From NCBI GenBank assembly GCA_963746485.1, contig CAVVBL010000008.1:8418-72417 (forward strand): 64,000 bases of DNA. Direction: 5' to 3'. Position 1 is the first letter of the stretch, and every line of letters starts with the position of its first letter. This document shows, in pieces, positions 37,432 through 46,918 of the stretch. Under the pieces are notes generated by a model. It searched no databases and was not told where the DNA came from. It saw nothing but the letters and a program-made list of their open reading frames with translations. The translations under genes and the position numbers were made by a program. This DNA comes from an uncultured Actinomycetota bacterium (lineage in GTDB: Bacteria; Actinomycetota; Actinomycetes; Streptosporangiales; Streptosporangiaceae).

Positions 37432-39453
37432 ATGACAGGGCTGCCCGGTGTTCTTGATGTCCTCAACGACGATCAGCGGCGAGCGGCGACGCACCAGGGC
37501 GGCCCGCTGCTGATCCTGGCCGGGGCCGGCACCGGCAAAACCGGCACGCTGGTGGCGCGCGCAGCCTGGCTGCGGGATCAGGGCATCCAGCCGAGCCGGA
37601 TCCTGCTGCTCACCTTTACCCGGCGGGCCGCTGACGACATGCTCGCCAGGGCACAGCCCCCCGACAGTAGCGCGGCCGAGCGAATCTTCGGCGGCACTTT
37701 CCACGCGGTGGCGCACCGCATTATCCGGGCGCACGCCGAGGCGTTCGCGCTTCCGCCTGAGTTCACCGTCATTGACCCGGCTGACTCCGCGGACGTGATG
37801 GATACCCTCAGGGATGCCCACGGGCTGGTCGGCACCAGCTCCGGCCGCCGCACTCCGCGGGCGGCCGCCTGCGCCGAGATCTACTCGCGGTGCGTGAGCA
37901 CGTCCACTCAGCTCGCTGACGTGGTCGCAGCCGGCTATCCCTGGTGCGTTCCGTTCACCGAGCAGCTCGCCGCGGTGTTCACCGACTTCGTCGCCTACAA
38001 GCGGCGGCATGGGCTGGTCGACTTCGACGACCTGCTGCTGCTGTGGCGCGCGGCGCTGGCGGACGCCGCCGCGGGTCCGGTGCTGCGTGACCTGTTCGAC
38101 GCGGTCCTGGTCGACGAGTACCAGGACGTCAACGCGGTCCAGGCCGAGATCGTCCGGCTGCTGCGCCCGGATGGCACCGGCCTCACCTGCGTCGGCGATG
38201 ACGCCCAGGCGATCTACGCGTTCCGCGGCGCCGACCCGGCGCACCTGCGCGCGCTCACCGCGACGTTCAGCGACCTGGCGATTGTCAGGCTCTCGCGCAA
38301 CTACCGCTCCCGGCACCAGGTGCTGGGGCTGGCAAACGTCGTCCGCCCGCAGTTCGACGGCCTGGAGCTGGCGCTGTCGGCGGAGCGCGGCCCCGGCCAC
38401 CGGCCCCTGCTCATCCGCTGCCATGACGAGGCGACGCAGGCACGCGAGATCTGCGCCCGCATACTCGCCGATCACGAGTCCGGCGTGCGGTTCACCGAGC
38501 AGGCCGTCCTCGTCCGGTCCGCGCACCACAGCGACCTGCTCGAGATCGAGCTGGCGGCGCGCGGCATTCCGTACGTGAAGTACGGCGGCCTCCGGTTCAC
38601 CGAGGCCGCGCACGTCAAGGACTTCCTGGCAGCTGCGCGGGTGGTTGCGAACCCGGCCGACGACCTGGCCTGGTTCCGGCTGCTGCGGCTGCATGAAGGC
38701 ATCGGCCCGGTCCTGGCGCGGCGTGTCATCGACATGCTGCTCATCGGCGAGCCGGAGCCATTTCTGCGCTGGCCCGACGCCGAGCAGGCGCTGCCACAGC
38801 GCTCGGCCGCGGCGGTCGGCGGAACCGTACGGCAGCTCGCGCAGGCGGCCGGCCAGGAGCGGACCGCCGACCGGGCCGCGGTCATCCTGGCCGCGCTGCG
38901 CGAGCCGCTGGCCGCCAGGTACGCGGACGCCGCCGTGCGCTTTGCCGACCTGGAGCGGCTGGCCGACGCGGCGGCGGACAGCCCGTCCCTGCATGATGCG
39001 CTCGTCCAGCTGGCGCTCGACCCGCCAGTCTCCGCCTCGGACCTGGCAGGCAGGCCACGGCTGGACGACGATTACGTGGTGATCTCGACGGTGCACTCCG
39101 CCAAGGGCCTGGAGTGGCCGGTCGTGCACCTGCCGCAGCTGGTCGACGGCGCGGTGCCGAGCGACATGGCGCTGACCTCGCCGGCCGTGGAGGAGGAGCA
39201 GCGCCTTTTCTACGTGGCGGTGACCAGGGCACGGGACCGGCTGTACCTGTATGCGCCGCTCCGGATGCACCATCACCGGATGGCCCGCGACGACCGGCAC
39301 AGTTACGGTCAGCTCAGCCGTTTCCTGGACGGCGCCGCGCTGGCGCACTGCGAGCAGGTGCAGGCGGTGCCGCCGCGCCCGGCCCTGCGGCCGTCCGCGC
39401 CGCTCGCACTGAGCGTCGACCGTGACCTGGCCTCCCTGTGGGGAGCCGGCTAG
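37432..39453 (+). CDS. UvrD/Rep/PcrA-family ATP-dependent DNA helicase
   Basis: LNDDQRRAA...ILAGAGTGKTGTLV (motif I), VLVDEYQDVN (motif II), FRGA, and VISTVHSAKGLEW..V (motif V/VI region). Confidence 0.85.
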   Translation: MTGLPGVLDVLNDDQRRAATHQGGPLLILAGAGTGKTGTLVARAAWLRDQGIQPSRILLLTFTRRAADDMLARAQPPDSSAAERIFGGTFHAVAHRIIRAHAEAFALPPEFTVIDPADSADVMDTLRDAHGLVGTSSGRRTPRAAACAEIYSRCVSTSTQLADVVAAGYPWCVPFTEQLAAVFTDFVAYKRRHGLVDFDDLLLLWRAALADAAAGPVLRDLFDAVLVDEYQDVNAVQAEIVRLLRPDGTGLTCVGDDAQAIYAFRGADPAHLRALTATFSDLAIVRLSRNYRSRHQVLGLANVVRPQFDGLELALSAERGPGHRPLLIRCHDEATQAREICARILADHESGVRFTEQAVLVRSAHHSDLLEIELAARGIPYVKYGGLRFTEAAHVKDFLAAARVVANPADDLAWFRLLRLHEGIGPVLARRVIDMLLIGEPEPFLRWPDAEQALPQRSAAAVGGTVRQLAQAAGQERTADRAAVILAALREPLAARYADAAVRFADLERLADAAADSPSLHDALVQLALDPPVSASDLAGRPRLDDDYVVISTVHSAKGLEWPVVHLPQLVDGAVPSDMALTSPAVEEEQRLFYVAVTRARDRLYLYAPLRMHHHRMARDDRHSYGQLSRFLDGAALAHCEQVQAVPPRPALRPSAPLALSVDRDLASLWGAG

Positions 39454-39505
39454 CCGGGTGCCGGTATCGTCGGTCCTCGACCCCGCCGACTCCCGGAGGA
39501 TCACC

Positions 39506-40069
39506 GTGGCCACCCTGCAGATCATCATCGCCAGTACCCGGCCGGGCCGGGTCGGCCCGTCGGTGGCGGCGTGGTTCTACGACCGTGCCGTCAAGGCCGG
39601 TGCCTTCGACGTCGAGCTGATTGACCTCGCCGAGGTCAACCTGCCGATGTTCGATGAGCCCAGGCATCCGCGGTTCGGCGAGTACGAGCATCAGCACACT
39701 AAGGACTGGAGCGCCACCATCAGGCGCGGTGACGCTTACGTCTTCGTGATCCCGGAGTACAACTACGGCTTCAACGCCGCGATCAAGAACGCCATCGACT
39801 ACCTCAACCAGGAGTGGCAGTACAAGCCGCTCGGCTTCGTGAGCTACGGCGGCGTCGCCGCCGGGACCAGGGCTGTGCAGATGCTCAAGCAGGTGGTCTC
39901 GGCGCTCAAGATGATACCGATGGCGGATGCCGTGCACATCCCGTTCGTCCAGCAGTTCCTCGACGACCAGCGCGTGCTGCAGCCCAACGACGTCATGGAA
40001 GGCGCCGCCACCGCGCTGCTGAGCGAGCTGGCGCGCTGGACGAGCGCCGTGCAGCCGCTGCGCGGCTAG
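39506..40069 (+). CDS. NADPH-dependent FMN reductase family protein
   Basis: LQIIIASTRPGRVG...YVFVIPEYNYGFN. GTG 39506 is preceded by GGAGGA. Confidence 0.8.
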   Translation: MATLQIIIASTRPGRVGPSVAAWFYDRAVKAGAFDVELIDLAEVNLPMFDEPRHPRFGEYEHQHTKDWSATIRRGDAYVFVIPEYNYGFNAAIKNAIDYLNQEWQYKPLGFVSYGGVAAGTRAVQMLKQVVSALKMIPMADAVHIPFVQQFLDDQRVLQPNDVMEGAATALLSELARWTSAVQPLRG

Positions 40070-40398
40070 CTGCCGGCCGGGTACCGGCGCGCGTTGTCGG
40101 TCAGCTTGGCCTGCGCGGCGGCAGCGAGATCGATTCCGAGTACGTCCGCCAGCAGAATCAGATACAGCAGCACATCGGACATTTCCTCGCCCGCTCTCGT
40201 CCGGAGCGGCTCGGTGGCAGCGAGTTTGGCCGCGTCGCCGGCGGGCAGCCATTGGAACAGCTCAGCAAGCTCACCAACTTCGCCCACGAGGGCTAGCAGT
40301 ACCGACTTGGGGTCGTGGAAACGGCCCCAGTCTCGTTCCGCGCTGAACTGGCGCACGCGGTCCCGCAGCACGTCAAGGTCGGACACGGTGCCCAGCAT
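40066..40398 (-). CDS. MazG-like nucleotide pyrophosphohydrolase
   Basis: 110 aa. FSAERDWGRFHDPKSVLLALVGEVGELAELFQW and EEMSDVLLYL (EExxD/E motifs). Confidence 0.8.
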   Translation of the reverse strand: MLGTVSDLDVLRDRVRQFSAERDWGRFHDPKSVLLALVGEVGELAELFQWLPAGDAAKLAATEPLRTRAGEEMSDVLLYLILLADVLGIDLAAAAQAKLTDNARRYPAGS

Positions 40399-40500
40399 GA
40401 CACGGCCGTCACCTCGCGGCTAACCGGCCGGCGGCAAGTGCGAGAGGATCATGCCGAGGGTGGAGTGCCACCGGCTGAACGACAGTTGGAGGATTGCTGT

Positions 40501-41043
40501 ATGAATTCTCATCGGTATCTAGCGCACCTGGCCGGGGCGTGCGCGGCGGCCGCGCTTGCCGCGACAGTCGCCGCCTGCGGAAGCAGCAGCCCGAGTGCGT
40601 CCAGCTCATCTGCTCCGGCCAGCTCGGCTCCGGCCAGCTCGGCCCCCGCCGCGTCCGCCAGCACCAGCATGAGTGCGGGGACCGCGGCTATCACCACGGA
40701 CTGGGAAGCCTTCTTCAACGCCAAGACGCCGACCAGCAAGCGCGTCGCCCTGCTGCAGGACGGGTCGCAGTTCGCGTCCGTCATCAAGGCTCAGGCTGGG
40801 TCTGGCCTAGCGGCGCTTGCTACGGCTAAGGTCACCCATGTCACCGTAAATTCGCCAACTCAGGCGACGGTGACTTACGAGATCCTGGTCAGCGGGACTC
40901 CCGAGCTGAAGAACCAGACGGGCACTGCTGTCCTGCAGAACGGCACCTGGAAGGTGGGCGTGGCGAGCTTCTGCGGTCTGCTGACCCTGGAGAACTCAGG
41001 CAAGACGTCGGGCCTGCCCGCAGCCTGCAAGTCAGCTACCTAG
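40501..41043 (+). CDS. Hypothetical lipoprotein
   Basis: Signal plus lipobox LAATVAAC, followed by a Ser/Ala-rich linker. GGAGGA RBS before ATG 40501. Confidence 0.6.
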   Translation: MNSHRYLAHLAGACAAAALAATVAACGSSSPSASSSSAPASSAPASSAPAASASTSMSAGTAAITTDWEAFFNAKTPTSKRVALLQDGSQFASVIKAQAGSGLAALATAKVTHVTVNSPTQATVTYEILVSGTPELKNQTGTAVLQNGTWKVGVASFCGLLTLENSGKTSGLPAACKSAT

Positions 41044-41047
41044 TCAG

Positions 41048-42658
41048 GTGGTGAGCCCGGCCGGCGTATCGCAGGGCGACGCGGCGACTGCCCTGCGCGG
41101 CGGCCGCTCCCTTGCCCTTGCCGTCCTGTGTGTTGTCCTGTTCCTGACCTTCCTCGACAACACGGTGGTCAGTGTCGCGCTGGGCGCCATTCAGAGCGAC
41201 CTGCATGCGGGCGTCTCCTCGCTGCAGTGGGTCGTGGGTGCGTACGCGCTGACGTTCGCCGGCGCCATGCTCGGCTTCGGCATGGTCGGCGACGAGTTTG
41301 GCCGCAAGCGTGTCATGGTGATCGGGATTGTCATCTTCTGTGGTGGATCGCTGCTATCGGCGCTCGCGCCGAACGTCGGGGTGCTGATCGCCGGGCGCGC
41401 GGTGATGGGCTTCGGGGCGGCGGCCAGCGAGCCGGGCACGCTATCGATGATCCGGCATGTCTACACCGACGAGCGGGAGCGGGCCTGGGCGCTCGGCGTC
41501 TGGACCGCGGTGTCCGGCGTCGCGCTCGCCATGGGCCCGGTGATCGGCGGAGCGCTGATCGGGAGCCAGGGTGACTGGCGGGCGATCTTCTGGTTCAACC
41601 TTGTCGTCGGTGCGCTGGCGCTGGCCGGCGCCCTCGCCGTGCTGCCGGAGAACGCTGACCCGGATGGCCACCGCGTGGATATCGCCGGCACGGTGCTCGG
41701 CGCGGCCGCGCTGACCGCGCTGGCGTTCGCCGTCATCATGGCCGAGGGCTCGTCGTTCAGCTCGGCGCCCGTCATCCTGCTCCTCTGCCTGAGCGCTGTC
41801 TCCGTGGTCGCGTTCTTCTGGTGGGAGGGCAAGGCGCCGCATCCGCTGCTGGACCTCAGGTTCATCCGCGTGCCGCGGTTCCTGGTCGCGAACGTCGTGG
41901 CATTCAGCGCTTACTTCGCCACTTTCGCGGTGTTCTTCTTCACCGCCCTGTACCTGGAGGAGGTAGCGGGCTACAGCGGCTACAAGATCGCGCTCGTCTT
42001 CCTGCCCATGATGGTCCTGCTAGCGGCCGCCGCCCTGGTCGCAGCCAGGTGGACAGTGACGATCGGCGCGCGGGCGACCATCTTCACTGGCTGCGTGCTG
42101 TTCGCGCTCGGCCTGGTGCTGACCTCATTCACGATCAGCCCGCACCCCGCGTATCTGGCGCTCGCCGCCGCGCTGTCGGTCACCGGCATCGGCGTCGGCG
42201 CCACCGTGGTGCCGGCCACCTCCTCCGCCCTCAGCGCGGTACCGCCGGAGCGGTCGGGAATGGCCGCGTCCACCACGAACACCAGTCGCGAGATCGGCGC
42301 GGTTACCGGCGTGGCAGTGCTCGGCGCGCTGGTGTCGGCCAAGCTGTCCGCTGACATCATCGCCAGGCTCCAGGTGCTCGGCCTGCCGAAGAGCATCCAG
42401 CAGATCGTCATCAACGGCGTTGAGACAGGACTGGTTCCCTCCAGCGGGAAGACTCATGCGGCTGGCCCGGGCGAGGGCAAGCTGGTCCAGGAAGTGATCC
42501 AGGCCGCCTACAGCGCATTTGCGTCCGGACTGCACGCAGCGCTGTACCTGTCCGCCATCCTGGTGCTGGTGGCAGGGGTCTTCAGCTTCTTCTGGCTCGG
42601 CCGCGGGAGCCCGGCCGAGCCGGAGGTCAGTCCGGCCCCCGAGGGCTCGCCGGCCTGA
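41048..42658 (+). CDS. MFS transporter, DHA2 (EmrB/QacA) type
   Basis: 536 aa with about 14 predicted TM helices. Motif GMVGDEFGRKRVMV. Starts 4 nt after the lipoprotein gene. Confidence 0.85.
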   Translation: MVSPAGVSQGDAATALRGGRSLALAVLCVVLFLTFLDNTVVSVALGAIQSDLHAGVSSLQWVVGAYALTFAGAMLGFGMVGDEFGRKRVMVIGIVIFCGGSLLSALAPNVGVLIAGRAVMGFGAAASEPGTLSMIRHVYTDERERAWALGVWTAVSGVALAMGPVIGGALIGSQGDWRAIFWFNLVVGALALAGALAVLPENADPDGHRVDIAGTVLGAAALTALAFAVIMAEGSSFSSAPVILLLCLSAVSVVAFFWWEGKAPHPLLDLRFIRVPRFLVANVVAFSAYFATFAVFFFTALYLEEVAGYSGYKIALVFLPMMVLLAAAALVAARWTVTIGARATIFTGCVLFALGLVLTSFTISPHPAYLALAAALSVTGIGVGATVVPATSSALSAVPPERSGMAASTTNTSREIGAVTGVAVLGALVSAKLSADIIARLQVLGLPKSIQQIVINGVETGLVPSSGKTHAAGPGEGKLVQEVIQAAYSAFASGLHAALYLSAILVLVAGVFSFFWLGRGSPAEPEVSPAPEGSPA

Positions 42659-42734
42659 CGCGAGCGGAAGCCCGGATCACGGCACAGACCCGCCGGGCCA
42701 GCACCAGCCGCGCCGGTACGGCACAGTGGGTGTC

Positions 42735-44027
42735 ATGACCGCGAGTACCAGCCAGGTCGCCGACTGCGTGGCGGCCTATGCGGCGCGCCTGCAGGCGGTG
42801 ACCGGCACCCGTCATCAGGTGGCCTCGCCGCTCGGGGCCTGGCTGCTGCTGGCACTCGCCGCCCCGGCCAGCAGCGGCGCTGACCGCGAGACACTGACCC
42901 GCGTTCTCGGCTGCGATCCGGGCACCGCTGCCGCGGCGGCCGCCGGGCTGCTCGCCGATCCGCACCCGGTTGTGGCCAGCGCGGTCGCTGCGTGGACGGC
43001 CGCCGGAACGCAGCTCGGACCGGACTTTGACCGCTGGCGCAGTGAGCTGCCGCCTGGCGTCGCCAGCGGTGACCTGCCCGGCCAGGCCGGGCTGGACGCC
43101 TGGGCCAGGGACCACACCTTCGGCCTGATCGACCGCTTCCCCGTCCAGGCGGACAGCCTGCTGCTCGTGCTCGCCAGCGCCCTGGCCACGAAGGTCTCCT
43201 GGACAGTCCCGTTTCAGCTGGCGCCTGCCGCCAGCCTGGGCGACGCCAGCCCGTGGGCCCGCCAGCTCAGCCGGGTGCTGAGAACGCCGGCGCCGGCAGC
43301 CGGCGGCCACACGCAGTACATCGCGGGCACTCCCGACGCCGGCGATGTCATCGTGCACGCCGCGATCGCCGGCGGCGGCCTGCAGGTTGTCTCGGTCGCG
43401 GCTGGGCCGCAGGTCCCGGACAGCACTGTCCTGGCGGCAGCCCACCGGCTGGCAATCGCGCAGGCAACCGGTGGCCGCGTCCCGCGCCGGGAGCTGTCTG
43501 ATCTGCCGCTCGGTGACACACCTCTGTGGCGGCTCCGCGAGGTCAGCGCCCAGGCCGACACCTGCAGCGCGGTGCTGCCCGCGTGGTCGGCGAGCTCAGA
43601 CCACGACCTGACTGACCCGGCGCTGGGATTCGCCGCCGCCAGCAGTGCTCTGCTGCCGGGCCGCGGGCCGTGGGACGCCCGGCAGGCCGCGATGGCGCGG
43701 TACTCGCGAACGGGCTTCGAGGCAGCGGCCGTCACGGCCGTCGCCGTCGCGATGGCTGCCAGGGTCCCGGCCAGGCGGCGCGAAGCCGAGCTGCGGTTCG
43801 GCCATCCGTACGCGGTGGTCGCGGTCACGACGGATCCCGGCGCGGGCGGCACGGGCGGCACGGGTGCTGGTCAGCGCGGCCTGTGGCACGGCCTGCCGGT
43901 GTTCTGCGCCTGGGTGAGCCAGCCCGAAGACGCCGTGGACGACGGTGCCACGGACGCCCGTGCCTCCGACGCCCGTGCTTCCGGTGACAGTGCCGCCGGT
44001 GAGACCGCACCGGGCGAGCGCACGTGA
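42735..44027 (+). CDS. Serpin-like (serine protease inhibitor family) protein
   Basis: N-terminal VASPLGAWLLLALAA; WARDHTFGLIDRFP; LVLASALATKVSWTVPF. Reactive-centre-loop hinge GFEAAAVTAVAVAMAARVPARRREAELRF, followed by FGHPYAVVAV. No signal peptide. Confidence 0.65.
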   Translation: MTASTSQVADCVAAYAARLQAVTGTRHQVASPLGAWLLLALAAPASSGADRETLTRVLGCDPGTAAAAAAGLLADPHPVVASAVAAWTAAGTQLGPDFDRWRSELPPGVASGDLPGQAGLDAWARDHTFGLIDRFPVQADSLLLVLASALATKVSWTVPFQLAPAASLGDASPWARQLSRVLRTPAPAAGGHTQYIAGTPDAGDVIVHAAIAGGGLQVVSVAAGPQVPDSTVLAAAHRLAIAQATGGRVPRRELSDLPLGDTPLWRLREVSAQADTCSAVLPAWSASSDHDLTDPALGFAAASSALLPGRGPWDARQAAMARYSRTGFEAAAVTAVAVAMAARVPARRREAELRFGHPYAVVAVTTDPGAGGTGGTGAGQRGLWHGLPVFCAWVSQPEDAVDDGATDARASDARASGDSAAGETAPGERT

Positions 44028-44524
44028 CCATCGCGTACACGGCCGATTCCTGGACGGACTTCGGCGCGGCCGTGGTCACGGCCGCAGCCGGGCTGGCCGG
44101 CCTGCTGTTCATCGCGGTGTCCATTAACCTCCGGCAGATCCTGGACGTGAAGAGCCTGCCGAGCCGCGCGGCGCAGACCCTGATCCTGTTCGCCACGCCA
44201 CTGATCGCCGGAGTGCTGCTGATCGTTCCCGGGCAGGCCAGAGTCGCGCTCGCGCTTGAGTTTCTCGCGACCGGCCTGGTGATCGGGGGCTTCCAGGTGT
44301 ACCTCGACCTGACGGCCGAGCGCGGCGACGAGGACACGCTGTCGCGGCGGATGCTGGGCCGCGTGCTCCCGGCGGTCATCAGCTGCGGCTGCCTGGTGAT
44401 CTGCGGCGCGACACTGGCCGGACAGGCCGGCGGCGGCCTGTACTGGCTGGTCCCGACCGTGCTGACAGCCATCGTCTTCGGGCTGATCAACGTCTGGGTA
44501 CTCCTGGTGGAGATCCTGCGCTAG
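44024..44524 (+). CDS. Hypothetical integral membrane protein
   Basis: 166 aa with about five predicted TM helices. GTGA overlap with the serpin stop. Confidence 0.55.
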   Translation: MTIAYTADSWTDFGAAVVTAAAGLAGLLFIAVSINLRQILDVKSLPSRAAQTLILFATPLIAGVLLIVPGQARVALALEFLATGLVIGGFQVYLDLTAERGDEDTLSRRMLGRVLPAVISCGCLVICGATLAGQAGGGLYWLVPTVLTAIVFGLINVWVLLVEILR

Positions 44525-44534
44525 GTTTCGGGCC

Positions 44535-45893
44535 ATGCACAGCGTGGACGCCACCACCGAGCAGATGATCAGGTCCGTGCTTGCCTACGCCGAGAACCGG
44601 CTCCGGCTGGATCCGGTACCACTCGACAGGGGCTCCCGTGATCCGGCCGAGCTTGATCTCGCGCTCACCGGGCTGCTCGGCGAGGACGGTCACAACCCCG
44701 ACCAGGTGCTCGGTGTGTATGCCTCCATGCTCGCGCCGGCCGTCATCTCCGCTGACAGCCCGCGCTTCCTCGGCTTCATCCCGGCGGCGCCCACCAAGGC
44801 AGCGCTGCTGTTCGACATGCTGATCTCCTGCGCGTCCATCCAGGGCATCTCCTGGCTGGAGGCCGCCGGCGCGATCCACGCCGAGAACCAGGTGCTGCGG
44901 CTGATCGCCGACCGGGCCGGACTGCCGGCCGGGGCCGGGGGATGCTTCGTGTCCGGCGGCTCGGCGGGGAACCTCTCCGCGCTCGCGGTCGCACGCGAGA
45001 CCGCCAAGCGGCGCTCGCCTGTCCCCGCCAGGCGCTGGCGCGTCATCGTCGGCTCAGATGCGCATTCCTCGATCGGCAACACGCTGCGCCTGCTGGAGAT
45101 GGATGCGCTGGTGGTGCCTACCGCGGACCACCGGCTGACCGGCGAGGCCGTGCGCGCGGCCGTAGCGGCCGACTCCGATCCGGCATCGCTGGCGGCCATC
45201 GTCGGCACCGCGGGCACGACCAATGCCGGGATCATCGACGACCTGGCCGGCCTCGCTGCGGTGGCCGCGGAGCGCGGCCTGTGGTTCCACGTCGACGGTG
45301 CCTACGGCGGCGCCGGGCTCTTCGCCCCGAGCGTCCGGGCTGCCTATGCCGGGATCGAGCACGCCGACTCGTTCGTCGTCGATCCGCACAAGTGGCTGTT
45401 CGCCCCGTTCGACTGCGCCGCCCTGGTGTACCGCGACCCGTCGCTTGCCCGTTCCGTCCATAAGCAGGACGCGGGATACCTCGACGTTATCCATGAGGCA
45501 CCCGCCGAATGGAACCCCACTGACTACGCCTACCACCTGACCAGGCGCGCCCGGGGACTGCCGTTGTGGTTCTCGCTGTGCGTGCACGGCGTGCGCGCCT
45601 ACAGCACGGCGATCGAGTCGGCGATCGCGCTCGCCAGGCAGGCCGCGGCTGAGATCGCTTCCCGCGAATACCTTGAGCTGATCAGGGAGCCGGAACTGTC
45701 AGTGGTCCTGTTCCGCCGGCGCGGCTGGCTGCCAGCTGACTACACCGCCTGGGCGGACAGGCTGCTCGATGATCAGGTGGCTTTCCTGCCGCCGACGGTG
45801 TGGGAGGGAGACACGGTGGCCAGATTCGCCTTTCTGCATCCGCACACCCCGATGAGCCTGGTGACGCAGATACTCGACCGGATGGGGCCATAG
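44535..45893 (+). CDS. Pyridoxal-phosphate-dependent (group II) amino-acid decarboxylase
   Basis: SGGSAGNLSAL, HVDGAYGG, and the PLP-lysine motif DPHKWLFAPFDC. Confidence 0.85.
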   Translation: MHSVDATTEQMIRSVLAYAENRLRLDPVPLDRGSRDPAELDLALTGLLGEDGHNPDQVLGVYASMLAPAVISADSPRFLGFIPAAPTKAALLFDMLISCASIQGISWLEAAGAIHAENQVLRLIADRAGLPAGAGGCFVSGGSAGNLSALAVARETAKRRSPVPARRWRVIVGSDAHSSIGNTLRLLEMDALVVPTADHRLTGEAVRAAVAADSDPASLAAIVGTAGTTNAGIIDDLAGLAAVAAERGLWFHVDGAYGGAGLFAPSVRAAYAGIEHADSFVVDPHKWLFAPFDCAALVYRDPSLARSVHKQDAGYLDVIHEAPAEWNPTDYAYHLTRRARGLPLWFSLCVHGVRAYSTAIESAIALARQAAAEIASREYLELIREPELSVVLFRRRGWLPADYTAWADRLLDDQVAFLPPTVWEGDTVARFAFLHPHTPMSLVTQILDRMGP

Positions 45894-45949
45894 GCTCACA
45901 CCCCGGCCACCGGCGGAAGGAGCCCGGCATCAGCAGTCAGCAGCAGGAC

Positions 45950-46918
45950 GTGACCGTGCAGCTGCCCGCGCACGTCGACGTCGCTGTGCGATCCTTCGGC
46001 ACGCCGAACTCCATCCTCCGCCGGTTCGATTTCTGGGACAGCAACTACGAATGGCGGCGGCTGTTCAGCGAGTTGTTCGGCACCTTCCTGCTTGTTGTCG
46101 TGGCCGTCGGCGCCGGCATGGTGAACGCGCGGTTCGGCGGCAATGTCGTTCCCGGTCCGGCTCGCGTCGTCAGCCCGGCACTGATGGTGATGGCGATCAT
46201 CCTGTTCATGGGCGCGGTCTCCGGCGCCCACCTGAACCCGGCAGTCAGCGTCGCCTTCGCATTGCGGGGCAACTTCCCGTGGCGCCGGGTGCCCGCCTAC
46301 ATCGTGGCCCAGTTCGCTGGCGGCGTGCTCGCCACGCTGCTGCTGATCGGGCTGCTCGGCAAGCAGGGCAGCGCGGGCCTCACCCTGCCCGGGCCCGGCA
46401 TCTCGGTGCCAGTGGCGTTCGCCTGGGAGGTACTGCTGACCACCGGGCTGGTGAGCGTCGTGCTGGGCACAGCCTCGGGAGCGCAGCAGCTCGGTCCGAT
46501 CGCGGCATTCGGCGTGGGCAGTTACATCGCCCTGGCCGGGCTGTTCGGCGCGCCGGTGAGCGGTGCCTCGATGAACCCGGTCAGGTCCCTGGCCCCGGCT
46601 CTGGTCGTCGGCAACTGGACGGCTTGGTGGGCGTACCTGGCAGGGCCGGCCCTCGGCGCGATCATCGCGGTCGGGATCGCGTTCGTGCTGCGCGGGCCCG
46701 GCGGCGGGGCGGCGGGCACCAGGGCAGCTCAGGGCACTCTCGGCACACTCTGGCTGCCCACCACGATTGGGCGTCCGTGGCTCGTGCCTGACCACCCAGA
46801 GCCGGAGCAGGGCAGTCTGAAGCCGGGAGGTCCTGAGGCGGGCGGTCCTCAGGCGGGTGGTCGTGAGGCGGGCAGTGCCGGGCCAGGCCCGGCGGACGGC
46901 GAGAGCGGCGGCGGATGA
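45950..46918 (+). CDS. MIP-family channel (NIP-like aquaporin)
   Basis: GAHLNPAVSVAFALRGNFPWRRVPAYIVAQ (NPA box) and GASMNPVRSL (NPV box). Low-complexity Gly/Pro/Glu/Ala tail. Start uncertain (GTG 45950 or 45956). Confidence 0.8.
   Translation: MTVQLPAHVDVAVRSFGTPNSILRRFDFWDSNYEWRRLFSELFGTFLLVVVAVGAGMVNARFGGNVVPGPARVVSPALMVMAIILFMGAVSGAHLNPAVSVAFALRGNFPWRRVPAYIVAQFAGGVLATLLLIGLLGKQGSAGLTLPGPGISVPVAFAWEVLLTTGLVSVVLGTASGAQQLGPIAAFGVGSYIALAGLFGAPVSGASMNPVRSLAPALVVGNWTAWWAYLAGPALGAIIAVGIAFVLRGPGGGAAGTRAAQGTLGTLWLPTTIGRPWLVPDHPEPEQGSLKPGGPEAGGPQAGGREAGSAGPGPADGESGGG

Noticed and set aside
37423-39528. 701-aa ORF on the minus strand
   Set aside because: It is entirely antisense to the UvrD-like helicase and is Arg/Gly/Pro-rich with no motifs. 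This is the usual stop-codon-poor shadow frame of high-GC DNA.
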